DNA of 64,000 nt from Mustelus asterias (taxonomy: Eukaryota): positions 50,654,001 to 50,718,000 of the forward strand of contig NC_135808.1 in NCBI RefSeq assembly GCF_964213995.1, written 5' to 3'. Position 1 is the stretch's first letter, and every line of letters begins with the position of its first letter. Below are positions 49,644-61,740 of the stretch, in pieces. The notes under the pieces are model-generated. The model was not told where the DNA came from. It made no database searches and saw only the letters and a program-made list of their open reading frames with translations. The position numbers were made by a program, and so were the translations under genes.

Positions 49644-49692
49644 CTGCGATGCAGAATGCCAGAGGCCAGAGCAGCTGGATGGCTGAAATCAT
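49644..49692 (-). CDS. Ig light chain leader exon L1, cluster 2
   Basis: Reverse complement of the cluster 1 leader; ATG at 49692, donor at 49643. Confidence 0.93.
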
Positions 49693-49750
49693 GGTGTGTG
49701 GTCGTGTCCCTGTGCCTGGTTACTGATAAACTCTCCCTTCACTGGGCTCT

Positions 49751-49850
49751 GCTTTATAAAGCTGCAGCCTGTCAGAGTCTCACTGCCTGTTCCTCAGTTT
49801 GTAAATGGTCTGACCCAGAGAAACCACGTCAGCACCTTTCACTTCCTCTT
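49751..49850 (-). promoter_or_regulatory. V promoter, cluster 2
   Basis: TATAAA (reverse complement) at 49753-49758, octamer-like site 49799-49806, EICE TTTCACTTCC 49837-49846. Confidence 0.7.
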
Positions 49851-50184
49851 CTTCTCTCTCCCTCCCTCAGTCTCTGTCCCTCAGTCTCTGTCCCTCAGTC
49901 TCTGTCTCTCGATATCTCTCCCTCACTCATTGTCTTGCTCTCTCTCTCTCAATATTTGTCCCTCAGTCTGTCTCCCTCACTCTATTAATATCTCCCTCAT
50001 TGTTGTCTCTTTCACTCTCTGAGTAACTCTCCATTAGTCTCTGTTTCTATCCACCACACTCTCGCTGTCTCCCTTTCTTGTCCTTCCCATCTCACACTCC
50101 TTGTTTACCCTCTCATTCACTCTTTCTTTCTCTCTTCTCATTCTCCCTCCCTCTCTTCCTCTCAGTTTCTCCATCACTTTATCT

Positions 50185-51195
50185 CATAGAGTCATAGAGT
50201 CATAGAGGTTTACAGCATAGAAACAGGCCCTTCAGCCCAACTTGTCCATGCCGCCCTTTTTTTAAAAACCCCTAACCCCAATTGCTGCATTTGGCCCATA
50301 TCCCTCTATACCCATCTTACCCATGTAACTGTCTAAATGCTTTTTAAAAGACAAAATTGTACCCGCCTCTGTTACTATCTCTGGCAGCTTGTTCCAGACA
50401 CTCACCACCCTGTGTGAAAAAATTGCCCATTTGGACACTTTTGTATCTCTCCCCTCTCGCCTTAAACCTCTGCCCTCGAGTTTTAGACTCCCCTACCTTT
50501 GGGAAAAGATATTGACTATCTCGTTGATCTATGCCCCTCATTATTTTATAGACCTCTATAAGATCACCCCTCAGCCTTCTACGCTCCAGAGAAAAAAGTC
50601 CCAGCCGATCCAGCCTCTCCTTATAACCCAAACCATCAAGTCCCGGTAGCATCCTAGTAAATCTTTTCTGCACTCTTTCTAGTTTAATAATATCCTTTCT
50701 ATAACAGGGTGACCAGAACTGTACACAGTATTCCAAGTGTGGCCTTACCAATGTCTTGTACAACTTCAACAAAACGTCCTAACTCCAGAATTCAATGTTC
50801 TGACCAATGAAACCAAGCATGCCGAATGTCTTCTTCACCACTCTGTCCACCTGTGACTCCACTTTCAAGTAGCTATGAACCTGTACCCCTAGATCTCTTT
50901 GTTCTGTAACTCTCCCCAGTGCTCTACCATTAACTGAGTAAGTCCTGCCCGGTTCAATCAACCAAAATGCATCACCTCGCATTTATCTAAATTAAACTCC
51001 AGCCACTATTCGTCATCCCACTGGCCCAATTCCGGTTGGAATCGGAGATTACCTTCTTCACTGTCCACTATGCCACCAATCTTGGTGTAATCTGCAAACT
51101 TACTCACCATACCTCCTATATTCTCATCCAAATCATTAACAAAAATGACAAATAACAGTGGACCCAGCATCGATCCCTGTGGCACACCGCTCATT
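50185..51195 (-). mobile_element. CR1, cluster 2 arm only, ~350 bp upstream of the V2 promoter
   Basis: ORFs 50344-50772, 50779-50982 and 51006-51194; (CTATGACT)n tail. Confidence 0.88.
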
Positions 51196-52209
51196 CTCTT
51201 TGTTCCTCTGTATTCTCAGCTCACTCTGCCCCAGAAGAGACACCATCCTCCTGGTATCCACTCTGTCAGTCCCCTCACAATCTGATATGTTTCAATAAGA
51301 TCACCTCTCATTCTTCGAAACTCCAATGGGTTCAGGCCCAGCCTGTCCAACTTTTCTTCATAAGATAACCCTTCACCCCAGGAATGTGTCGAGTGAATCT
51401 TCTCTGAACTGCTTCGAACACAATGATACCCTTTTCCAAATAAGGAGACCTAAACTGTACACAGTATTCCAGATGTGGTCTCACCGAGACTCTGTACAGT
51501 TGCAGTAAACTTCCCTATTTTTATATTCCATTCTCCTTGTAATAAACACCAACATTCCATTTGTCTTCCTAATCACTTGCTGTAGCTGCAGACTAACTTG
51601 TTGTGGTTCATGTCCCAGGACAGCCAGATCCCTCTGTAGCACCGAGTTGTGCAATCTCTCTCCATTTCAATAGTTTACTGCTGTTCTATTCTTCCTGCCA
51701 AAGTGGACACCTTCACATTTACCCAGGATATACTCCAGATGTTTAGCCACTCACTTCCCCTGTCCCTATCCCTTTGCAGACTCTCTACCTCCTCTTGATA
51801 ACTTACTTTCCCACCTATCTTAGTGTCATTGGGACATCAGCTCCATTCACTCCCTTCATCCAAGTCATTGATATGGATTGTGAATAGTTGTGGTCCCAGC
51901 ACTGATTGTTCCAGAATTCCACTAATTACAGCTTCCCAACCCCAAAACAATCATTTATCCCCTCCCTCTTGTTTCTGTTAGCTAACCAATCCCCTATCAA
52001 TGCTAATAGGTTACCCACACACCATCTTCTTACCCACACACCATTGTATCTTGTGTAGTAACATTTGATGTGGCAATTTATCAAATACCTTTTCGAATTC
52101 CCTGTACATCACAGCTACAAGTTCCCTTTTATCCATTTTGTGACCTCCGCAAAGGTGGACAATGACATATGTACAACAGAAAGAAACTGCTCCACATCGA
52201 CCATGATGT

Positions 52210-52708
52210 CCCACTGGAGCCTCCAATAGGGAGCAGTAAACATGGGCCTCCTTCCCACTGGAGCCTCCAATAGGGACCAGTAAACATGGCCTCCTTCCCA
52301 CTGGAGCCTCCAATAGGGACCAGTAAACATGGCCTCCTTCCCACTGGAGCCTCCAGTAGGGAACAGTAAACATGGGCCTCGTTCCCACTGGAGCCTCCAG
52401 TAGGGACCAGTAAACATGGCCTCCTTCCCACTGGAGCCTCCAATAGGGACCAGTAAAAATGGCCTCCTTCCCACTGGAGCCTCCAATAGGGACCAGTAAA
52501 AATGGCCTCCTTCCCACTGGAGCCTCCAATAGGGACCAGTAAACATGGGCCTCGTTCCCACCGGAGCCTCCAGTAGGGACCAGTAAACATGGGCCTCGTT
52601 CCCACTGGAGCCTCCAGTAGGGACCAGTAAACATGGGCCTCGTTCCCACTGGAGCCTCCAATAGGGAGCAGTAAACATGGGCCTCGTTCCCACTGGAGCC
52701 TCCAGTAG
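52210..52708 (-). repeat. 43/44-bp minisatellite, ~11 copies
   Basis: Paralog of 6281-6428, expanded. Confidence 0.93.
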
Positions 52709-52943
52709 CTGAGCTTCAAACTCCACATCCTCTCCATCACTACGGCCTCTTATTTCCACAACATTGTCCGTCTCCACACTACATCAGTCCCTTAAGTACA
52801 GAAACCCTTATCCCTGCATGTCCCGCCTACTAACTCCATTATTCCGATATCCTCACCCAGCTCCCCACATCCATAAACCCCAACTTGTCCCAAATGCAGT
52901 GGGTCCGGATCCTGTCTCACACCAAGTGTCGTTCCAACACCAC

Positions 52944-53550
52944 CCCTGACCTCAGTGATCTATCACCCCTGATCTCAGTGATCTATCACCCCTGACCTCA
53001 GTGATCTATCACCCCTGACCGCAGTGATCTATCACCCCTGACCTCAGTGATCTATCACCCCTGACCTCAGTGATCTATCACCCCTGACCTCAGTGATCTA
53101 TCACCCCTGACCTCAGTGATCTATCGCCCCTGACCTCAGTGATCTATCGCCCCTGACCTCAGTGATCTATCGCCCCTGACCTCAGTGATCTATCGCCCCT
53201 GACCTCAGTGATCTATCGCCCCTGACCTCAGTGATCTATCGCCCCTGACCTCAGTGATCTATCGCCCCTGACCTCAGTGATCTATCGCCCCTGACCTCAG
53301 TGATCTATCGCCCCTGACCTCAGTGATCTATCGCCCCTGACCTCAGTGATCTATCGCCCCTGACCTCAGTGATCTATCGCCCCTGACCTCAGTGATCTAT
53401 CGCCCCTGACCTCAGTGATCTATCACCCCTGACCTCAGTGACCTATCACCCCTGACCTCAGTGATCTATCACCCCTGACCTCAGTGATCTATCACCCCTG
53501 ACCTCAGTGATCTATCGCCCCTGACCTCAGTGATCTATCGCCCCTGACTT
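52944..53550. repeat. 23-bp minisatellite, ~26 copies
   Basis: Unit CCCTGACCTCAGTGATCTATC(A/G)C. Confidence 0.95.
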
Positions 53551-54079
53551 CATTTACCAGTTACCGCTGGCCTCACTGACCTGTTGCCCCTGACCTCACT
53601 GCCCTCCAATTCCCTCCATGGCCTCACTCCTCCCTACCCTGCGTTCCTGCTCCAGACTCACATTTCTCCCTCACCTTCCATCTGCTGACTCTGCTCCCCG
53701 GCCCATCGCTGCTTCCTTCATCCCACCATTGACAGCAGAGCCTTCAGACGCCCAGGCCCTGCTCTCTGACCTCCCACCCTTAATCCCTCCCCCTCTCCAA
53801 GTCTCTCTCCCCATCAAACTCCACCCTTTCACCCAAGCCTTCGATCTCTCTTCCTAAACTACCCCCAGCCCCTCCCCCATTCCTCTTACGCTGCTCTGTG
53901 AAACATAATGGGCTATGTTGTACACTAAGGTGCAATATAAATTCAGGTTCTGTGTGGATTTTGGTTGGGGACAGAATTAGACACAGTGGTGAAGGCTCTT
54001 GCAGTCAAATATCCTGCTGACAGGATCCAGACTTTAACAGATCGAATGGGACATTGTGTAAAGTAGGAATTATTAAAAA

Positions 54080-56730
54080 TGTATTCATTGACGGGGTGTG
54101 GGTGTCACTGGTTATACCAGCATTTATTGCCCATCCCTAATTGTCCTTGAGAAGGTGGTGATGAGCTGCCTTCTTGAGCTGCTGCAGTCCATGAGGTGTA
54201 CATACACCCACAGTGCTGTTAGGGAGCGTTTTCAGGATTCTGACCCAGCGACAGTGCATGAATGGAGATGTATTTCCACGTCAGAATGGCGTGTGGCTTG
54301 GAGGGGAATCTCCTGGTGGTGTTGATCCCAGGGATCTGCTACATTTGTCTTCCCAGATGATAGTGGTCATGGTATTCGAAGGTGCTGCCTCAGGAACCTT
54401 GGTGAGTTCATGCAGGGCATCTTATAGATGGCACACACTGCTGCTGCTGTTCGACAGTGGTGGAGGGATTTAATGTTTGTAAATGGGTGCCAATCAACTG
54501 GGGCTGCTTTGTCCTGGATGGTGTTGAGCTTCTTGAGTGCTGCTGGAGCTCTACTCATCCAGACAAGTGGAGAGTATTCCATCACACTCCGGACTTGTGC
54601 CTTGTAGATGGTGGACAGGCTTTGGAGAGTCAGGATGTGAGTTACTCACCGCAGGATTCCTATCCACTGACCTGCTCTTGTAGCCACAGTATTTATAGGC
54701 TGGTCCAGTTGGGTTTCTGGTCAATCATATCCAACAGGATTTTACAGTGGGGGATTCAGCAATGGTAATGACATTGAATGTCAAGGGGAGATGTTAAAAT
54801 TCTCTCTTGTTGGAGATGGTGATTCCGTGGCACTTGTGTGGCACGAATGTTCCTGCTTCAATATCTGAGGAGTTGTGAATGGTGCTGAGCATTGTGCAAT
54901 CATCAGTGAACATCCCCACTTCTGAAGGTTATTAATGAAGCAGCTGAAGATGGTTGTGTCTCAGACACTCCCCTGAGGAACTCCTGCAGTGATGTCCCAA
55001 GGCAATCTCAGATTGCAATCCGCTAACCACAACCATTTTCTCATCATATTGGGTGGCACGGTGACACACTCGTTAACACTACTGCCTCACAGCGCCAAGG
55101 ACCCGGGTTCAATTCCTGGCATGGGGCACTGTCTGTGTGGAGTTTGCATGCTCTCCCCGTGTCTGCTTGCGTTTCCTCCGGGTGTTCCGGTTTCCTCCCA
55201 CAGTCCGAAAGACCTGCTGGTTAAATACATTGGTCATGCTAAATTCTCCCTCAGTGTACCCGAATAGGCGCCGGAGTGTGGTGACTAAGGGATTTTCCTG
55301 GTAACTTCATTGCCGTGTTAATGTAAGCCTACTTGTGACACGAATACTGACACTTCAACTTAAAAGTCCAATAACCACAACCATCTTCCTTTGTGCTGGG
55401 TGTGACTCCAGCCAGTGGAGAGTTACCCCCTGATTTCCATTGGTTCCAGTTTTGCGAGGGCTCCTTGATGCCACACTCGGTCAAATGCTGCCTTGATGTC
55501 AAGGGCAGTCACTCTCACCTCACCTCTGGAGTTCAGCTCTTTTGTCCATGTTTGAACCAAGGCTGTAATGAGGTCAGGAGCTGAGTGATCCTGGCGGAAC
55601 CCTAACTGAGTGTCACTGAGCAGGTTGTTGCTAGTAAGTGCCGCTTGATAGAACTGTCAACAATTTAAATCACTTTACTGATGATTCAGAGTAGATTGAT
55701 GGGGCGGTAAGAGGCCAGAATAGAATTATCCTGTTTTTTGGGATTCAGGACATGTCTGGGCAATTTTCCACATTGCCGGGTAGATGCCAGTGTTGTAGCT
55801 GCACTGGAACAGCTTGGCTAAGGGCGCGGCAAGTTCTGGAGCACAAGTTTTCAGGACTATTGCTGGATTATTGTCAGGAGACAGAGTCATTGCTGTATCC
55901 AGTTGTAAATGTATCAGCCTTTTCTTTTCACTGATGAGCTGGGCTCCTCCATCATTGAGGATGGGGATATTTGTGTTGCCTCCTCCTCCAGTGAGTTGTT
56001 TAATTGTCCACCACCATTCACGGCTGGATGTGGCAGGACTGCAGAGCTTAGATCTGATCCATTGTTTGTGGGATGGTTTAGCTCTGTCTGTCACTTGCTG
56101 CTTCTGCTGTTTGGCACACAGTCCTGTGTTGTAGCTTCACCAGGTTAACACCTCATTTTTCAGTATGTCTGCTGTTGTTCCTGCCATGCCCTCCTGCACT
56201 CTTCATTGAACCAGGGTTGATCCCCAGGCTGGGTGGTAATGGTAGAGTGGGGGATATGCCGGGCCATGAGGTTACAGATTGTGGTTGAGTACAATTCTGC
56301 TGCTGCTGATGGCCCACAGTGCCTCATGGATGCCCAGCTTTGAGTTGCTAGATCTGTTTGAAATCGATCCCATTTAGCACGGTGGCAGTGCCACACAACA
56401 CGATGGAGGGTATCCTCAATGTGAAGATGGGATTTTATCTCCACAAGGACTGTGCGGTGGTCACTCCTACCGATACTGTCATGGACAGATGCATCTGCGG
56501 CAGGCAGGTTGGTGAGGATGAGGTCGAGTATGTTTCTCCCTCTTGTTGGTTCCCTCCCCACCTGCCGCAGTCCCAGTCTAGCAGCTATGTCCTTTAGGAC
56601 CCGGCCAGCTCGGTGTGTGGTGGTGCTACCGAGTAACTCTTGGTGATGGACATTGAAGTCCCCACCCAGAGTACACTCTGTGTCCTTGCCACCCTCAGTG
56701 CTTCCTCCAAGTGCTGTTCAACATCGAGGA
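54080..56730 (-). mobile_element. Paralogous copy of the 2790-5150 LINE (contains a V-SINE)
   Basis: Mirrored ORFs 56160-56561 and 55726-56094. Confidence 0.85.
55050..55345 (+). mobile_element. V-SINE, cluster 2 arm only
   Basis: tRNA-like head and V-domain; AACCACAACCAT duplicated on both sides; absent near 4120. Confidence 0.85.
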
Positions 56731-59229
56731 GAACTGATTCATCAGCTGAGGGGGTTATGGTATTTAGTTTCCTTGTCCATGTTTGACATGTACTGAGAGA
56801 CTACATGGAGTCTGGAATGTTGTTGAGGATTCCCAGGATAACTCCCTCCTGACTGTATCCCACTGTGCCTTCTGTGCTGGGAGATTAGAGGTAGTGGACA
56901 CGGTTCACCATTTTCTCCCGTCTCAGTAACAAACATCCAGCTGCTCTGAGCTCCTTCTTTCACTTCCTCTGTTGGTTACGTTTCAATCTTCCGATCTGAC
57001 AGTCTTTGCAGTTATTTTTGACACTGGGGCTTTGTGCTGTGGTCTGAATCTCTAACAATAACTGTCCAATCAGTGAAAAGAACAGCAGCTCAGAGCAGTC
57101 AGGACTGAGGAGCCAGGCTCACTGGGAAACACATTGGGAAGATCAAAGCCATTGGTCTTCAGCTCCCGATACAAACTCCATCCCTCCCCCTGAGCACTGT
57201 CTGCTGCTCAACCAGACTCTCTACAACATTGGCCTCATCTTTGACGCCGATCTGACCCTCCAAATCCTCCACATCACAAAGTTTACTCTGCTCTCTCTTT
57301 CTTAGATCCAAAGTGGATGTTTTCACATTCTCCACATTGAACTCTATCTTCCATTGTCTTCAGACCCCATCACAAACTCTGTTCCCTCAACACTGATTCC
57401 ATCCCTTCCCCATTGGAGTGTCTGACACTGAACCACACACTCCACAGCCATGGTGTCCTATTTGACCCTGAGATGAGTTTCCCACCACATCATCCACTCC
57501 ATCACTAAGACCACCTAGTTCCACCTCAGTAACATCTCCCGAGTCCCCCTGCCTCACATCATCTCCTGCTGAAAATCTCATCCGTATCTTTGTTACCTCT
57601 GAACGTTACTATTCCAATGCTGTCCTGGCCGACCTCACACCCACCACCCTCCGTTATCATCAGCTCACCCAGAACTCTGCTGCCCGGATCTGAACTCACA
57701 CCAAATCCCGTTCACCCGTCACCCCCTGTGTTCACTGACCTACACTGACCCCCGGTCCAGCCATGCCCCGATTTTAACATAAACATCCTGCCTCTCAAAT
57801 CCCTCCCTATCCTGCACCCTCCCTATCTCTGTAACCTCCTCTATGCTGCCTCACTTAGTGTGCTCAGTAATCTTGGATATGTGTCTCTCTATTCCTTCAT
57901 CCAAGTCATTGACAAATATAGTGAAAAGCTGAGGCTTCAGCACAGATCCCTGGGGACATCACTATTCACAGCTTGCTGATTGGAATACACACACATTATC
58001 CCTACTCTCTGTCTCCTACCACTGAACCAATTCCTTATCTATGGCAAAAGCTTTCCTCAAATTCCATACGCTTCCATTTTTATTCACAGCCTCTCATGTG
58101 GCACCTGCCCGAATGTCTTCTGGAAATGCATAGAAATAACATCCAGAGACATTCCTTTATCGAACACATTAGTGGCTCATTCACAAATGTAAGCGGCTGA
58201 GTTGAACATGTCTGACTCTTTTGAAATCCGTGTTGACTCTCTCTGATCCGTTCATGTTTCTCACTCGTTCTGCCTCTAAAAAAACATTCCAGTCACTTTC
58301 CCACAACACACATTAAACTGAGCTGTTAGTTGTGAATGACTCTAATAAAACAGCTAGTACAGACATGAAGAGTTGAATGGCCTCCTCCTGTGTTATAGAC
58401 CTATCTGAGTCCTTGACTGAAACATCTGGATTGGAACAGGAGGTGGGCTGGAGGTTAAACAATGAGTTGAAGGTAGACGGAGTGTTATTAGAGGGTCATG
58501 TCCAATGTACATTGTGTCCATCACTCTCTCCAAAAGATGGGGGCAAATTTCCCAGAAAATAATGTGCCATCGGGGCGGAAAAATGGGAGATTTTCCTGCC
58601 GTTTTCTGGGTGTATTTAGTTGAATTTCCAGCACTCGGTGTTTCACAAAATCCGTCAGGGATTTACACCAGTGGACGGGGTTAATCCCACCCGTGAGGAC
58701 TGGATCAGCAGCCCCGCATCCCTGCCTCGCGATGGTTTCCCCAACCTAATTCCCCACTCCCCTGATCACAGCCCCCGACCCCCCCACCCCCACGTCCCCT
58801 TCCCGAATAGACTGGCCTCCTGATGGCTTCCCCACCCACCCCTCCAATTGCCGGCCCCGACACCCCCACTCCCTGATCACCAGCCTCCTAATGGCTTCCT
58901 CAACTGGAAGGTTCCTGCTGAACTCAGCAACAATTCTGGTTCCCCCCCTCCCCACACCAGCTTCTAAACAAACATCAGCGATGGAATTGGGGAGAAGCGC
59001 AGAAAGAAACTTTAGTAAAAGTCAAACCAGCTTCACAATCATCATCATTGCTCGTGCACTTTGACCCGAGCAAACCATTCGGAATCACTTGTGACGCCTC
59101 GCCATACTTTGCAGGGGGATGGGACACACTGTAGATGTACAGTTTGGAGTGAGATTCAGTCAGATATAGAAGGAAAACTCAGTCAGTCCAGCAGGCAGAG
59201 AAGACTTGGGCATGATAAGGTACATGGGA

Positions 59230-59870
59230 GGATTGGAAGGCTAAACTGCATCTATTTTAATACAAGGAGCCTGTCTGGTCAGGCAGATGAACTTAGAGAG
59301 TTAGTCAGCACGTGGAAATATGAGATTGTTGCAGTCACTGAGACATGGTTGAAAGAAGGGCAGGACTGGCAGCTCGATACTCCAGGGTATAGAAGTTTCA
59401 GGCGTGATGGGGGTTGGGGGGGAGGGGGGTATGTAAGAGAGGAGGGGACATTGTTTTATTGATTAAAGAGACCAAGCCTGCAGTAATGAGGGAGGAGGTA
59501 TTGGAACGCTCTTCAAATGAGGCCATATGGGTGGAGCTGAGAAATATAAAGGGCGATCATTGTGCTGGGATTATACTATAGGCCTCCCAACACTCAGAGG
59601 GAGATGGAGGAGCAGATATGGAGGCAAATCACAGAGAGAGGTGTGAGAGGAATAGGTCTGCAGTAGTCGGGGATTTCAACCTCACCAATATTAATGGAAT
59701 CACCTCAGTGTGAAAGGATTAGACAGGGTGGAATTTTTGAAGTGATTCCAGGAGAGCTTTTTATGTCAGTAGATAGATAATCCAACTTGGGATGGCCCGT
59801 GCTCGAACTAATCCTCGGGAATGAAGCTGGGTAAGTTGTTGAAGTATCAGTGAGTGAGCATTTTGGGGAT
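59230..59870 (+). mobile_element. Old CR1 endonuclease region
   Basis: CIYFNTRSL, VAVTETWL, YYRPP and VVGDFN motifs. Confidence 0.8.
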
Positions 59871-60632
59871 AAGAACAAAGAACAAAGAACAATACAGCAC
59901 AGGAACAGGCCCTTCGGCCCTCCAAGCCCGCGCCGCTCCCCGGTCCAGGATTGAATCCTGAATCCAGGATCCCCGCCCAATTTTCCAGCCTATCTACATC
60001 CTAATATCCTATCCACCGAGCTGTCCCTCACAGCTACGATGCTTTGTTCATCACAACCTATTAACTCACCCCCACCCCCCCATTCCAGACCATGTGATCT
60101 CCAGGGAGAGGCGAAAACCCAGAGTGAAAACCCCAGGGCCAATATGGGGAAAAGAAAATCTGGGAAATTCCTCTCCGACCCCCTGAGGCGATCGAAACGA
60201 GTCCAGGAGATCACACTGGCCCTGATCAGAAAATGCTTCCCAACCCTATTCATTTCCACTTCTGCTTTACGAACACCATCTGAATTCCCTGCCTCCGAGA
60301 CAGGTTCCCAACTATCCGCAGTCTCGCTCTGTACTGGCACCAGCAAGATGATCATAGAATGAAGCCTTGAAACGAGAAACAAAGAACAATTAGCCCGCGC
60401 CGCTCCCTGGTCCAAACTAGACCACTCTTTTGTATCCCTCCATTCCCACTCCGTTCATATAGCTGTCTAGATAAGTCTTAAACGTTCCCAGTGTGTCCGC
60501 CTCCACCACCTTGCCCGACAACACATTCCAGGCCCCCACGACCCTCTGTGTAAAATATGTCCTTCTGATATCTGTGTTAAACCTCCCCCCCTTCACCTTG
60601 AACCTATGACCCCTCGTGAACGTCACCACCGA
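59871..60632 (-). mobile_element. CR1 3' end with an extended 3' UTR
   Basis: Near-copy of 6725-7480. Confidence 0.9.
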
Positions 60633-60822
60633 TGGGGAAGGTGGACAGAGCAATGAAACGTGGAATTTAATCCTGATAAGTGTGAGGGGAGATTTAATAA
60701 AGGTTGGATATACAAAATGAATGGTAGGTCCCGAGGGAGAATTGAAGAACAAAGGGACTTTGGTGTACAAGTCCATGAATCCCTGAGGGATAGTGCGATG
60801 AAGAAGGCAATTGGAATACTTA

Positions 60823-61615
60823 GAGTTCAATCCTGATAAATGCGAAGTGATGCATTTTGGTAGAACTAATGTAGGGAGGAGCTATACGATAAATGGCAGA
60901 ACCATAAAGGGCGTAGATGCGCAGAGGGACCTGGGTGTGCAAGTCCACAGATCCTTGAAGGTGACGTCACAGGTGGAGAAGGTGGTGAAGAAGGCATATG
61001 GCATGCTTGCCTTTATAGGACGGGGCATAGAGTATAAAAGTTGGGGTCTGATGTTGCAGATGTATAGAACGTTGGTTCGGCCGCATTTGGAATACTGCGT
61101 CCAGTTCTGTTCGCCACACTACCAGAAGGATGTGGAGGCTTTGGAGAGAGTACAGAGGAGGTTTACCAGGATGTTGCCTGGTATGGAGGGGCTTAGTTAT
61201 GAGGAGAGATTGGGTAAACTGGGGTTGTTCTCCCTGGAAAGACGGAGGATGAGGGGAGACTTAATAGAGGTGTATAAAATTATGAAAGGCATAGATAGGG
61301 TGAACGGTGAGAAGCTTTTCCCCAGGTCGGTGGTGACGTTCACAAGGGGTCATAGGTTCAAGGTGAAGGGGGAGGTTTAACACAGATATCAGAAGGACAT
61401 ATTTTACACAGAGGGTGGTGGGGGCCTGGAATGCGCTGCCAGGCAAGGCGGTGGAGGCGGACACACTGGGAACGTTTAAGACTTATCTAGATAGCCACAT
61501 GAACGGAGTGGGAATGGAGGGATACAAAAGAATGGTCTAGTTTGGACCAGGGAGCGGCACGGGCTTGGAGGGCCGAAGGGCCTGTTCCTGTGCTGTATTG
61601 TTCTTTGTTCTTTGT
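60823..61615 (+). mobile_element. CR1 3' part, short-UTR form
   Basis: ORF 60811-61380 and GTTCTTT tail. Confidence 0.92.
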
Positions 61616-61740
61616 TGTTTGTATTAGCCGGGGTTCAAATATGGGAGCAGGTAAATGGGATTAGTATAGATTGGTTTGGATGGCCAGCATAGACATGGTG
61701 GGCCGAAGGACCTGTTTCTGTGCTGTGTGACTGTATGACG

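Larger units (their letters stand above)
41162..57281 (-). repeat. Right arm of inverted segmental duplication (IgL cluster 2 unit)
   Basis: Mirror of 2234-17491 with arm-specific TE insertions and different VNTR lengths. Confidence 0.92.

Noticed and set aside
52011-52777. Three 200-aa repetitive ORFs
   Set aside because: Stop-free reading of the 43/44-bp minisatellite; no coding evidence
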